Source: an uncultured Planctomycetia bacterium (lineage in GTDB: Bacteria > Omnitrophota > Gorgyraeia > Gorgyraeales > Gorgyraeaceae). Taken from it: a DNA stretch of 64,000 nucleotides. Below are positions 22,220 to 30,809 of this stretch, piece after piece (the stretch's first letter is position 1; each line of letters opens with the position of its first letter). The position numbers and the translations under genes are program-made. Location of the stretch: NCBI GenBank assembly GCA_964652265.1, contig CAZZAL010000002.1:33426-97425 (forward strand), read 5' to 3'. The notes below the pieces were generated by a model. It saw only the letters and a program-made list of their open reading frames with translations. It made no database searches and was not told the DNA's origin.

Positions 22220-22962
22220 TACATAATATACACCTTACAATCGAATATGACGGCACCAGGTTTTGTGGCTGGCAGAGTCAGCGTCGAGGCAAAAAATTAA
22301 AAACAATACAAGAAGAGATTGAAAAAGCAGGAAAATGCCTTTTTGGAAAAAGGATTAAGGTGGCGGGTGCTGGCCGCACAGATTCAGGCGTTCATGCAGA
22401 GGCCCAGTCAGCAAGTTTTAAAATAGATTCAAACCTACCTTTACGTAATATAAAGAGAGGCCTTAATAGTTACCTCCCCAAAGACATTGCTGTTGTTTCT
22501 ACAGAGGCAGTAAAGTTGGATTTTCATCCCAGGTTTGATGCCAAAGAAAAGCTCTATAGGTATATCATAATCAACAGAAAGATACGTTCGCCTTTACTGA
22601 AGAGGCATGCTGCCCTTGTTTCTTATGACCTGGATATAGACGCGATGAAAGCGGCGGCAAGATATTTTATCGGAAAGAAAGATTTCAAGTCCTTCCAGGC
22701 AAGCGATAAAAAAGAAAAAGGCTCTGTGCGTACTATTACGAGATGTAATGTCGTTAATAAATCTCCTATAATAGAAGTATATATACAGGCAGACGGTTTT
22801 TTGTACAATATGGTCAGGAATATTGTCGGCACATTGATAGATGTGGGTAGGGGCAGGACAAAGCCAGGCGAGGTGAAAGTTATCTTATCTAAAAGAGAGC
22901 GCCGGGCAGCTGGTCAGACCGCGCCGGCAAAAGGCCTTTGTCTGGTCAAGGTATTTTATTGA
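22216..22962 (+). CDS. truA: tRNA pseudouridine(38-40) synthase
   Basis: IEYDGTRFCGWQSQ, and GAGRTDSGVHA with the catalytic Asp; 4-nt overlap with asd. Confidence 0.9.
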   Translation: MIHNIHLTIEYDGTRFCGWQSQRRGKKLKTIQEEIEKAGKCLFGKRIKVAGAGRTDSGVHAEAQSASFKIDSNLPLRNIKRGLNSYLPKDIAVVSTEAVKLDFHPRFDAKEKLYRYIIINRKIRSPLLKRHAALVSYDLDIDAMKAAARYFIGKKDFKSFQASDKKEKGSVRTITRCNVVNKSPIIEVYIQADGFLYNMVRNIVGTLIDVGRGRTKPGEVKVILSKRERRAAGQTAPAKGLCLVKVFY

Positions 22963-22964
22963 TA

Positions 22965-23510
22965 ATGGGATACGAGGCGTCTCTGGAAAAGGCATGGGGA
23001 GTGTTTGGTGCTGGGCTCGGAAACAGGCGCATAAGGTTTTTGGGCGACGAGTACGAGGTGGATTTTTCTAAAAGTGAGATTCTGTCTTTATCCCGCAATA
23101 TCAAGGCAAAGGATTATTATAAGATTTTAATACTTCATTATCTTGCGGCTGAAAATAAAATCGGAGATACAAATAAAGACAAATGGATATCATTCAAGGA
23201 GACAGAAGGTGGAAAAGAATATTTTCCAGCATTTCGCAAAAGAGCTATAGAGCCTATACTTAAAAAATACGGAGATAACCCTGCTTTAATATTTGAAGTA
23301 GCAAGACCTTTAGGAGCAGAGAAGATGGACGCAGGAAGCGCAGCTGTATCTATAGAGGTATTTCCGGGGGTAAAGGTCGGAGTAGTCATTTGGGCCAAAG
23401 ATGATGAGTTCAGTGCAGATTGTAATATTTTATTTAACGAAACCATAAAAAAGATTCTGCCAACCGAAGACGTGGCTGTTCTTGGAGGGATAGTAGCTCA
23501 TTCTTTATAA
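22965..23510 (+). CDS. Hypothetical protein (resembles DUF3786-type proteins from memory; unverified)
   Basis: 181 aa: MGYEASLEKAWGVF...RFLGDEYEVDF...ILILHYL...WISFKE. No catalytic motif recognised. Starts 3 nt after the truA stop. Confidence 0.5.
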   Translation: MGYEASLEKAWGVFGAGLGNRRIRFLGDEYEVDFSKSEILSLSRNIKAKDYYKILILHYLAAENKIGDTNKDKWISFKETEGGKEYFPAFRKRAIEPILKKYGDNPALIFEVARPLGAEKMDAGSAAVSIEVFPGVKVGVVIWAKDDEFSADCNILFNETIKKILPTEDVAVLGGIVAHSL

Positions 23511-23511
23511 T

Positions 23512-24309
23512 ATGCCTAAGAATATTGTTTACATAATTATAGTAGTAATGTTTTTATTAGGTTATTTACGTTATTTTGAATACAGATCTCTTTATTTTCC
23601 GATGGAAGATTTGGAATATACCCCAGCTGATATAGGCCTATCTTACAGTGACGAGTATGTCGTTACAGATGACGGTAAGAAATTGAATGCCTGGCTGATC
23701 CCTGCGAAAGATTCACGATTTACTCTTTTATTCTGCCATGGCAATGGAGGAAATATAAGCCACAGGATATATAAGATAGGGATATTGAATAGTTTAGGCG
23801 TTTCCGTCTTTATCTTTGATTATAGAGGGTATGGAAGGAGCACTGGAAGGCCTTCTGAGAGAGGCCTTTACAAAGATGCTCTGGCCGCGTATGAATACCT
23901 GGTTTCCGAAAAAAAGGTCTCTCCTGACCGGATAATCCTTTATGGCGAATCTCTTGGTGGTGCGGTCGCAACCCATCTTGCCTTACAAAGGCCTGTAGAG
24001 GCGCTAATAACAGAATCCGCTTTTACATCTACGCCAGATATGGCAAGAGAGATTTATCCTATATTTCCCACGTTTTTTATCTCTTCGAGATTTGATATCC
24101 TGACCAAGATAAAGGATGTGGGTATCCCAAAACTTATAATGCACTCCAAGGATGACGAGATAGTGCCATTCGGTCATTCTGTAAAACTCTTCAATGCTTC
24201 TTCTGGAGAAAAAACGCATCTTGTGCTAAGGGGTAGTCATAATAGCTGCTACCAGGATTCAGGGGATAGATATTCTTCAGGGATCAAGGGATTTTTAGAA
24301 AGACTATGA
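23512..24309 (+). CDS. Membrane-anchored alpha/beta hydrolase (serine hydrolase, lysophospholipase/aminopeptidase S33-like)
   Basis: N-terminal TM helix (IVYIIIVVMFLLGYL), HGNGGN oxyanion region, GESLGG nucleophile elbow, and a late HSKDDEIVP / GSHN Asp and His candidates. Confidence 0.8.
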   Translation: MPKNIVYIIIVVMFLLGYLRYFEYRSLYFPMEDLEYTPADIGLSYSDEYVVTDDGKKLNAWLIPAKDSRFTLLFCHGNGGNISHRIYKIGILNSLGVSVFIFDYRGYGRSTGRPSERGLYKDALAAYEYLVSEKKVSPDRIILYGESLGGAVATHLALQRPVEALITESAFTSTPDMAREIYPIFPTFFISSRFDILTKIKDVGIPKLIMHSKDDEIVPFGHSVKLFNASSGEKTHLVLRGSHNSCYQDSGDRYSSGIKGFLERL

Positions 24310-25208
24310 AGTCGCGAATTTTATACGAGGTAGATCCTCACAATAGACTTATCGTTAAGAAGTCTAGCAAGCGATCTGAAGTCAAGCAATTCCGTCAGGT
24401 CGTGAGTGGCCGGTTTAAGACGGATAAAAAGAACAAGCTTTCCTACGAAATCCTTAAATCCTCCGCATCTAGCATTCCTCAGAAGATAAAATTTTCCGGC
24501 AGGTATTTACTGAATGAAAAGCACAACCTTGTTTACGTCCTGGATAAATGGAATAACCAGTATGCGGGGAACCGACTCAGGTTAAAGACAGGGATCATAG
24601 ATGCACGCTCTAACGAAATAATCTTTTTACTGAATTCCAGGCAATCCAAAAATAAAAGTTCAGTTTATACCATGAAGCTCCATGGCGCGTGGCAGGCAGA
24701 TAAACATAATCGGCTTACCTTTGGCGTAAAGAAAGGAGATGGGAGATCTGACACCCTGACTTTTTTTAACGCATGGAAAGTAAATAAAAATAGAGAAATA
24801 GAATATATATTTGGACCAGGGGAGAATTCTATAAAGCTTAAGGGTTCCTGGTGCATAAAGAAGAGGGGCCGGCTCAGTTACATTCTGGATAAAAGGATTG
24901 GTTCGGGGTTTAATTTTCGGACATCACTAGGTCATGTAATCCCAAAAAGAGGCAAGACTTATCTCATATTTAACATTATAATAGAGATATCAAAAGGGAA
25001 GCACATCAAAAGAAAGATTATTTTTTCAGGCAAGTGGAGCGTGACGAAGGGTAGAAAGATCGAACTGGAGCTTTCTCCCAGCAGAAAAAAGATTATAACC
25101 CTAAAATTGACAAAAGATATCTTGGATAAAAAAGGCATTGCTTATATAGAGTCTTTCCTTAAGGAGAGAGACAGGTATTTAGGCGGAGGAGTTTCATTAG
25201 GATGGTAG
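24306..25208 (+). CDS. Basic repeat protein of unknown function (about 7-8 beta-hairpin-like units)
   Basis: 300 aa, Lys/Arg-rich. A recurring ~30-aa unit with G-x-(W/F/Y)...(N/R)-x-L-x-Y: VVSGRFKTDKKNKLSYEIL, IKFSGRYLLNEKHNLVYVLD, MKLHGAWQADKHNRLTFGV, LTFFNAWKVNKNREIEYIF, IKLKGSWCIKKRGRLSYILD, IIFSGKWSVTKGRKIELEL. ATGA overlap upstream. Confidence 0.6.
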   Translation: MKSRILYEVDPHNRLIVKKSSKRSEVKQFRQVVSGRFKTDKKNKLSYEILKSSASSIPQKIKFSGRYLLNEKHNLVYVLDKWNNQYAGNRLRLKTGIIDARSNEIIFLLNSRQSKNKSSVYTMKLHGAWQADKHNRLTFGVKKGDGRSDTLTFFNAWKVNKNREIEYIFGPGENSIKLKGSWCIKKRGRLSYILDKRIGSGFNFRTSLGHVIPKRGKTYLIFNIIIEISKGKHIKRKIIFSGKWSVTKGRKIELELSPSRKKIITLKLTKDILDKKGIAYIESFLKERDRYLGGGVSLGW

Positions 25209-27853
25209 CTTATAGCATGAACGAGAATTTTATTAGATCGGTCGAGCAATTCCAGGATAGGATTGCAATCGAGAATAGGGCAGGCGGTAGATTTAAGACC
25301 CTGACTTACACTGAGCTGGATAAAGAGGTGAAGGCTGCAGCCTGTTTCATATCCTCGATTGGCATCAGAAAATCTGACAGAGTGATAATTATCCTTGAGA
25401 ACTCTCCTGAGTGGATAATAATCTTTTTTGCGTTAGCTTATATAGGCGCAGTTGTAGTACCTCTTGATCCGCGGATGTCTGAAAAAGGTATTAAAAATAT
25501 AATCTCTGATTCCGGAGCAACGCTTGCTTTTATTTCCAAAGAGGACCAGAGGCTGTCTGAATCCTTAAAAGAAGAAATCCGTATTCTTACATTTGAAGAT
25601 ATAAAAGAATCGCCCTTGCAGGGAAAGATCGAAAGCGCTCGCGTGGAGCCAGACGAGACAATGGTCCTTTTATATACCTCTGGCACCACAGATCTTCCAA
25701 AAGGCGTGATGCTGACGCATAAAAACCTCTGCGCAAATTTTTATTCCATGAAACAGATGAAGATCTTTTCTACAAGAGATGTAATATTATCTGTCCTGCC
25801 ACTTTATCATTCATATTCACTTATGACCACGTTTATCGCCCCGTTTTTTTCAGGCTCCAGGATCATATATGTGCCACCTGACTGGCCGGAGAAATTGAGC
25901 GACTATATGAAAGAAGTAGGCGCGACCATGTTTATTGGCGTGCCGCAGATATATCATATGATGCACGCTCGCATGATGAAGAAACTCGATAAAGTAGGAG
26001 GCGCTAGAGGGCTCTATATAAAATTAGCGATATCTCTTGGTCTTGCAAAACCTTTGATACCTGGCCTCAGAGGTGCCTTTGGAAAAAAACTTCGTTTTTT
26101 TATAAGCGGAGGAGCAAAGCTTGATGCGACCGTAGCGCGAGATTTTTTTAAGCTTGGCTTTAAGATATTAGAAGGATATGGCCTGACAGAGACATCTCCT
26201 GTTGCCAGCTTAAATCCAATAAGAAGGCCAAAGATCGGTTCGATCGGACAGGCTATACCTGATGTAGAGCTAAAGCTCCTCAGTAAAGATGTGAACGGAG
26301 TAGGGGAGATCGCTATCAAAGGTCCGAATGTCATGAAAGGATATTATAATAATGAGGCAAAGACCAGGGAAGTGATCAAGGACGGCTGGTTTTTTTCAGG
26401 CGATCTCGGGTATGCGGATAAGGACGGGTACTTTTATATTACAGGCCGGTCCAAGGAGATGATCGTCCTTTCATCAGGAAAAAACATCTACCCTGAAGAG
26501 ATAGAAAAACATTATTCTGTGACACCCTATATAAAGGAGATGTGCGTTTTAGGTGTCTTAAAAGATAAGGGCGGAAGTAAATTAGAATATTTGCATGCGG
26601 TCGTGGTACCGGACTTTGAGTTTTTTAAGGAGCGGGGAGAGATGAATGTACGAAAGGTAATAAAGGCTACATTTGATAATCTTTCAAAGGACCTGCCGGG
26701 TTATAAGCACATCATGGGATTGAGTGTTACCCAGGAAGCCCTTCCTCGCACAGTGCTCGGGAAGATGAAACGCTACGAGATCGAAAAAAAGATCATGCCT
26801 GTTATTTTAGATGAGAGGAAAGAAGAGAAAGAGCTGACGCCTCAGGAAGAGGCGATGGCCGGGTCTCCTAACGCAAAGAGATTGATCAAGTGTATACAGG
26901 ATGCGCTGGATGTCAAAGGCCCGATACATCTTAATGATAGCATAGAGCTTGACCTGGGTGTTGATTCGCTCGGCAGGGTGGAGCTCGTGCTGGCTATTGA
27001 AAAATGTTTTGATATAACGTTTCCTGAAGAGATGGTCGCAGGAGAGATCTTTACAATAAAGGACGTACTCTTGAAAGTAGAGGAATTACTTGGAGAAGGC
27101 GAGAGAAAAGGATCTAAAAGCGAGAAGGGACAAGGAAGAAAAGCCATATCATGGCCTGAGATCCTAAGACAGCCTTTGCCAGAAGAATTTCAGAAAAAGA
27201 TATTATTGCGTATAAGCTGGGTTGATTACGTGATTACTTTTTTGATCACGGGACTCTTTAAGATATTTTTCAAGATTTTTTATAATCTTAAAGTGGAAGA
27301 CGTTAATAAGATTCCGAGGAAAGGGCCGTATGTCCTGTGTGTGAATCACACGAGTTTTCTAGACGGCTTTATCGTGGCGGCTGGAGTTCCGGTCAGGATA
27401 GAATTGGATCTATTTTTTATTGGATTCAGGCGGTATTTTATATTTCCTATAGTGAGGAACATGGTAAGGCGCTCAAGGATCATTCCTATAGATGCTACCG
27501 AGATCATAGAGGCCATGCAGGGTTCGAGTTTTATTTTGAAACATAATAAGGCCCTGTGTATTTTTCCAGAAGGCGAGCGTTCTATAGATGGCGAGCCAAA
27601 GGAATTTAAGAAAGGCATAGGTATAATCGCCAAGGAATTAGGCGTGCCTCTTGTGCCTGTTTTGATCAAAGGTGCATTCCAGGCATGGCCTAGGACAGAG
27701 CGTTTTCCGAGACTCGCTCCAATAAAAATAAGATTTGGAGACCCTGTAGCTAGTGCTACGCTTATTAAGAAAGGCAAAGTCCTTGGCGGGAGAGATGATG
27801 AAGAAGCTATTTCCCTGGCTATCAGAGAGGAATTGGTCAGATTAAAATGTTAA
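25202..27853 (+). CDS. Tri-domain fusion: acyl-AMP/CoA ligase (ANL) - acyl carrier domain - TM segment - PlsC/LPLAT acyltransferase
   Basis: ANL motifs YTSGTTDLPKGV, GYGLTETS, GDLGYADKDGYFYITGRSKEMI and GKMKR. Carrier motif LGVDSLGRVEL (Ser codon 26966-26968). Hydrophobic ITFLITGLFKIFFKIF. LPLAT motifs NHTSFLDG (His 27347-27349), FPEGERS and VPLVPV. Start could be 25202 or Met 25217. Confidence 0.85.
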   Translation: MVAYSMNENFIRSVEQFQDRIAIENRAGGRFKTLTYTELDKEVKAAACFISSIGIRKSDRVIIILENSPEWIIIFFALAYIGAVVVPLDPRMSEKGIKNIISDSGATLAFISKEDQRLSESLKEEIRILTFEDIKESPLQGKIESARVEPDETMVLLYTSGTTDLPKGVMLTHKNLCANFYSMKQMKIFSTRDVILSVLPLYHSYSLMTTFIAPFFSGSRIIYVPPDWPEKLSDYMKEVGATMFIGVPQIYHMMHARMMKKLDKVGGARGLYIKLAISLGLAKPLIPGLRGAFGKKLRFFISGGAKLDATVARDFFKLGFKILEGYGLTETSPVASLNPIRRPKIGSIGQAIPDVELKLLSKDVNGVGEIAIKGPNVMKGYYNNEAKTREVIKDGWFFSGDLGYADKDGYFYITGRSKEMIVLSSGKNIYPEEIEKHYSVTPYIKEMCVLGVLKDKGGSKLEYLHAVVVPDFEFFKERGEMNVRKVIKATFDNLSKDLPGYKHIMGLSVTQEALPRTVLGKMKRYEIEKKIMPVILDERKEEKELTPQEEAMAGSPNAKRLIKCIQDALDVKGPIHLNDSIELDLGVDSLGRVELVLAIEKCFDITFPEEMVAGEIFTIKDVLLKVEELLGEGERKGSKSEKGQGRKAISWPEILRQPLPEEFQKKILLRISWVDYVITFLITGLFKIFFKIFYNLKVEDVNKIPRKGPYVLCVNHTSFLDGFIVAAGVPVRIELDLFFIGFRRYFIFPIVRNMVRRSRIIPIDATEIIEAMQGSSFILKHNKALCIFPEGERSIDGEPKEFKKGIGIIAKELGVPLVPVLIKGAFQAWPRTERFPRLAPIKIRFGDPVASATLIKKGKVLGGRDDEEAISLAIREELVRLKC

Positions 27854-29859
27854 AGAAGCTAATACTTGTTTCAGTCAGCTTTCTCAGTCTTTTTCTGGAG
27901 CTCTGCCTTATACGGTGGATACCTGCGCATATTTTTTCCATAGCATTTTTTTCAAATACTGTTCTTATAGCTTCTTTTCTGGGGCTGGGGCTTGGTCTTC
28001 TTCTGTCAGAAAAAAAGCGAGACCTCTTCAGTGTCTTTCCGTGGATCTTTGCCATCAGTGTAGTAGTAGTTTTGTTATTAAAGAATATTCAGGTTGATAT
28101 CCCTGCTGATGCCGAGACCTGGATATGGAGCTACTACCACGGGAATAGACTATATGTGCCTCCGTTTAAGATTTCCATTATCGCAGTCCTTGGTTTTGTC
28201 TTTAGCGTGACGATTTTTATTTTTATTCCCATCGGGCAGAAGATAGGGAAACTAATGAAGGATTTTTCTCCGCTCCATGGCTATACGTTAAATATTATAG
28301 GTAGCCTGCTTGGCGTTATAGGTTTTGCAATAGTCAGTTTTTTAAATGCCCCGGCTTTTTTATGGTTTTTGATAGCAGGGCTTATTATTTTAGCGCTATT
28401 TTATAAAAGACGGGGATTCATCGGATGCTTGGCTATAGTTATTTTTATTGTGGCTATGGTTGGATTAGTAGAGAAGGATACAGTCTGGTCCCCTTATTAT
28501 TCTATCGAACTCTCAGAATCGGACGAGGATGGGTTTAGTCTTTATGTAAATCAGCTTTTTCACCAAAGGGCAGTAGATTTTGATAAAGAGTCGTATGCGG
28601 CTGATAAATTTTTGTTCCCCTATAGATGGTTTAGCCCTGAGAGAGTCCTTATAATAGGCTCTGGTACTGGAAATGACGTATGGGCTGCCAGAAAGTCTGG
28701 GGCGAAGCATATAGATGCTGTTGAGATCGATCCTGTGATTGTTGAGCTGGGCAGAAAACGCCATCCTCAACTTCCGTATGATAGTGATAGTGTTAGAGTT
28801 TTCATGGATGATGCACGTTCCTTTATGCATAAAAGTTCTCAGCCGTACGATATGATAGTATATGGGACCCTGGATTCCCATGCCACGCTTTCAGTGACTT
28901 CGTCCATTCGCCTTGATAACTACGTGTATACCCGTGAGGCGTTCGAGGAGACACGGAAGCTTCTTTCTCCGGATGGGGTCATGGTGTTACTTTTTTCAGT
29001 TCCGACTGAGTGGATAAAACAAAGGCTTTTAGAAACCGTGCGTTCTGTTTTCAGGGAAGATGAAGTGCGATATATAGTCACAGATCCTTATTTGTTTAAT
29101 CTTATAATATTTGCAGGACCTGGCCTTGATACGGCGCTTTCAAGATATCCTGAATTAAAAAGCACGCTGTCAGGGCCGCCTTTAAAGGCAGATATAAAGA
29201 TCCCCAAGGATGATTGGCCATATTTATATCTTAAAAAGGCCGGGATCCCACATCTTTACCTGATTACCCTTCTGACGCTCATCTTTATTTCCGTTACAGG
29301 GATATTTGTTTTTACGCCTTTAAGGCGGGGGAGAATAAATCCGTTTTTTCTTTCTATGGGATGCGGTTTTCTTCTTCTTGAGACAAAGAGCGTGACCACG
29401 CTTTCATTGCTTTTTGGCTCTACGTGGATAGTAAACGCAGTGGTGTTTTCAGCCATCCTTTTTCTTGCGTTATTGGCTAATTGGCTCGTGATGACAAAGA
29501 AGCTGGATGAGACAAAGTGGTTTTTTGGGGCCCTTGTTTTGTCTTTAATCGGCAGTTATTTTTTTCCTTTAAATAGTCTTTTGAGATTGAGTTTTTTCAT
29601 GAAGGTCTTTGCAGCAGGTCTCTTGGCAGGGCTGCCTATTTTCTTTGCAGCTGTTATATTCGCTATTGTTTTTAGGCGCACTAAGTATGCTGGTATAGCC
29701 CTTGGCTCTAATCTTATAGGAGCAGTAATCGGAGGTTTTTTAGAATATAGCTCTATGTTATGGGGGTTAAGCGCGCTTTATATAGTGGCATTGGGATGGT
29801 ATTTGATTGCTGGGTTTTGTTTGTTTAATCCGCTATCTTCATCATTGTCAAAAGCATAA
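27847..29859 (+). CDS. Polytopic membrane protein with central spermidine-synthase-like (class I SAM/dcSAM-fold) domain
   Basis: About 6-7 hydrophobic helices N-terminal. The central domain is VLIIGSGTGNDVWAARKSGAKHIDAVEIDPVIVELGRK...DDARSF...YDMIVYGTLDSH. About 6-7 further helices are C-terminal. 7-nt overlap with the upstream fusion gene. Confidence 0.75.
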   Translation: MLKKLILVSVSFLSLFLELCLIRWIPAHIFSIAFFSNTVLIASFLGLGLGLLLSEKKRDLFSVFPWIFAISVVVVLLLKNIQVDIPADAETWIWSYYHGNRLYVPPFKISIIAVLGFVFSVTIFIFIPIGQKIGKLMKDFSPLHGYTLNIIGSLLGVIGFAIVSFLNAPAFLWFLIAGLIILALFYKRRGFIGCLAIVIFIVAMVGLVEKDTVWSPYYSIELSESDEDGFSLYVNQLFHQRAVDFDKESYAADKFLFPYRWFSPERVLIIGSGTGNDVWAARKSGAKHIDAVEIDPVIVELGRKRHPQLPYDSDSVRVFMDDARSFMHKSSQPYDMIVYGTLDSHATLSVTSSIRLDNYVYTREAFEETRKLLSPDGVMVLLFSVPTEWIKQRLLETVRSVFREDEVRYIVTDPYLFNLIIFAGPGLDTALSRYPELKSTLSGPPLKADIKIPKDDWPYLYLKKAGIPHLYLITLLTLIFISVTGIFVFTPLRRGRINPFFLSMGCGFLLLETKSVTTLSLLFGSTWIVNAVVFSAILFLALLANWLVMTKKLDETKWFFGALVLSLIGSYFFPLNSLLRLSFFMKVFAAGLLAGLPIFFAAVIFAIVFRRTKYAGIALGSNLIGAVIGGFLEYSSMLWGLSALYIVALGWYLIAGFCLFNPLSSSLSKA

Positions 29860-29888
29860 TTGACGTGTGAATTATTGAGGAGAAGGAC

Positions 29889-30809
29889 ATGAAGAAGGGC
29901 ATAGATTATTTTACAAGACTTTTACCTGTGTGGACAGTGCTTGCAGGTATCCTGGGGTATTTTTTTCCAGCTATACTCGTTCCGTTGAAAGGGCATATTG
30001 AATGGCTTTTTATGCTGACAATGTTGGGCATAGGCACGGTCTTGAATTACGAGGATTTTTTACCGATAATTAAAAAACCTCACACTGCTCTCTTGGGTAC
30101 CCTTACGCAGTTTGCAGTGATGCCTCTTCTTGGATTTACAATAGCAAGGATATTGAATCTTTCACCAGCCCTTACTTTAGGGCTTGTGCTGGTCGGAAGC
30201 GTGCCAGGGGCGATGGCAAGTAATGTAATCTCTTATCTGGCAAAGGCAGATGTCGCGTATTCTATTTCAGTCACGACTACCTCTACGTTTCTTGCGCCGC
30301 TTTTAACACCTCTTTTCATATATATCTTTGCGCATACGATAATAGAGATACAGTTCTGGCCCATGTTTTTTAGTATTGTAAAGATGGTCATAGTGCCGCT
30401 TCTTGCAGGACTTTTTATAAAGAGACATTTTAAAAGATTGCTCGAGACATTTTCAAATATCGCTCCTGCGTTTTCAACAGTTTTTATAGCCCTTATATGC
30501 GGCTTGATCGTGGCGTTAAATAGAGACCATTTATTGAGCGTGAGCGTGGTTGTATTTATAGCAGTGTTCTGGCATAATCTATTAGGCCTTGCTTCAGGAT
30601 ATGGCGCTGCCAAGCTTTACGGATTTGAGGCAAAAAGGAGACGCACGCTTTCTATAGAGGTAGGCATGCAGAACGCAGGACTTGGCGCAGTGCTTGCCCT
30701 GAAACATTTCAGTGCAGATGTTGCTATAGTGCCTGCGCTTTTTGCTACGTGGTGCGTGATAACAGCATCTATACTTGCAGAGTTCTGGAGCAAAAGGAGG
30801 GTAATATGA
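29889..30809 (+). CDS. Bile acid:sodium symporter (BASS/SBF) family transporter
   Basis: 306 aa, about 9-10 TM helices. GSVPGAMASNVISYLAKADVAYSI and EVGMQNAGLGAVLA motifs typical of the SBF-like family. RBS GAGGAGAAGG. Confidence 0.8.
   Translation: MKKGIDYFTRLLPVWTVLAGILGYFFPAILVPLKGHIEWLFMLTMLGIGTVLNYEDFLPIIKKPHTALLGTLTQFAVMPLLGFTIARILNLSPALTLGLVLVGSVPGAMASNVISYLAKADVAYSISVTTTSTFLAPLLTPLFIYIFAHTIIEIQFWPMFFSIVKMVIVPLLAGLFIKRHFKRLLETFSNIAPAFSTVFIALICGLIVALNRDHLLSVSVVVFIAVFWHNLLGLASGYGAAKLYGFEAKRRRTLSIEVGMQNAGLGAVLALKHFSADVAIVPALFATWCVITASILAEFWSKRRVI

Noticed and set aside
27847-29859. Calling the 670-aa protein a bona fide spermidine synthase (speE)
   Set aside because: The Gly-rich loop reads GSGTGN rather than GGGDGG, and the amine-pocket segment reads YGTLDS rather than D-S-T-D-P. 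The domain is also flanked by about 13 TM helices. Only the fold assignment is safe.
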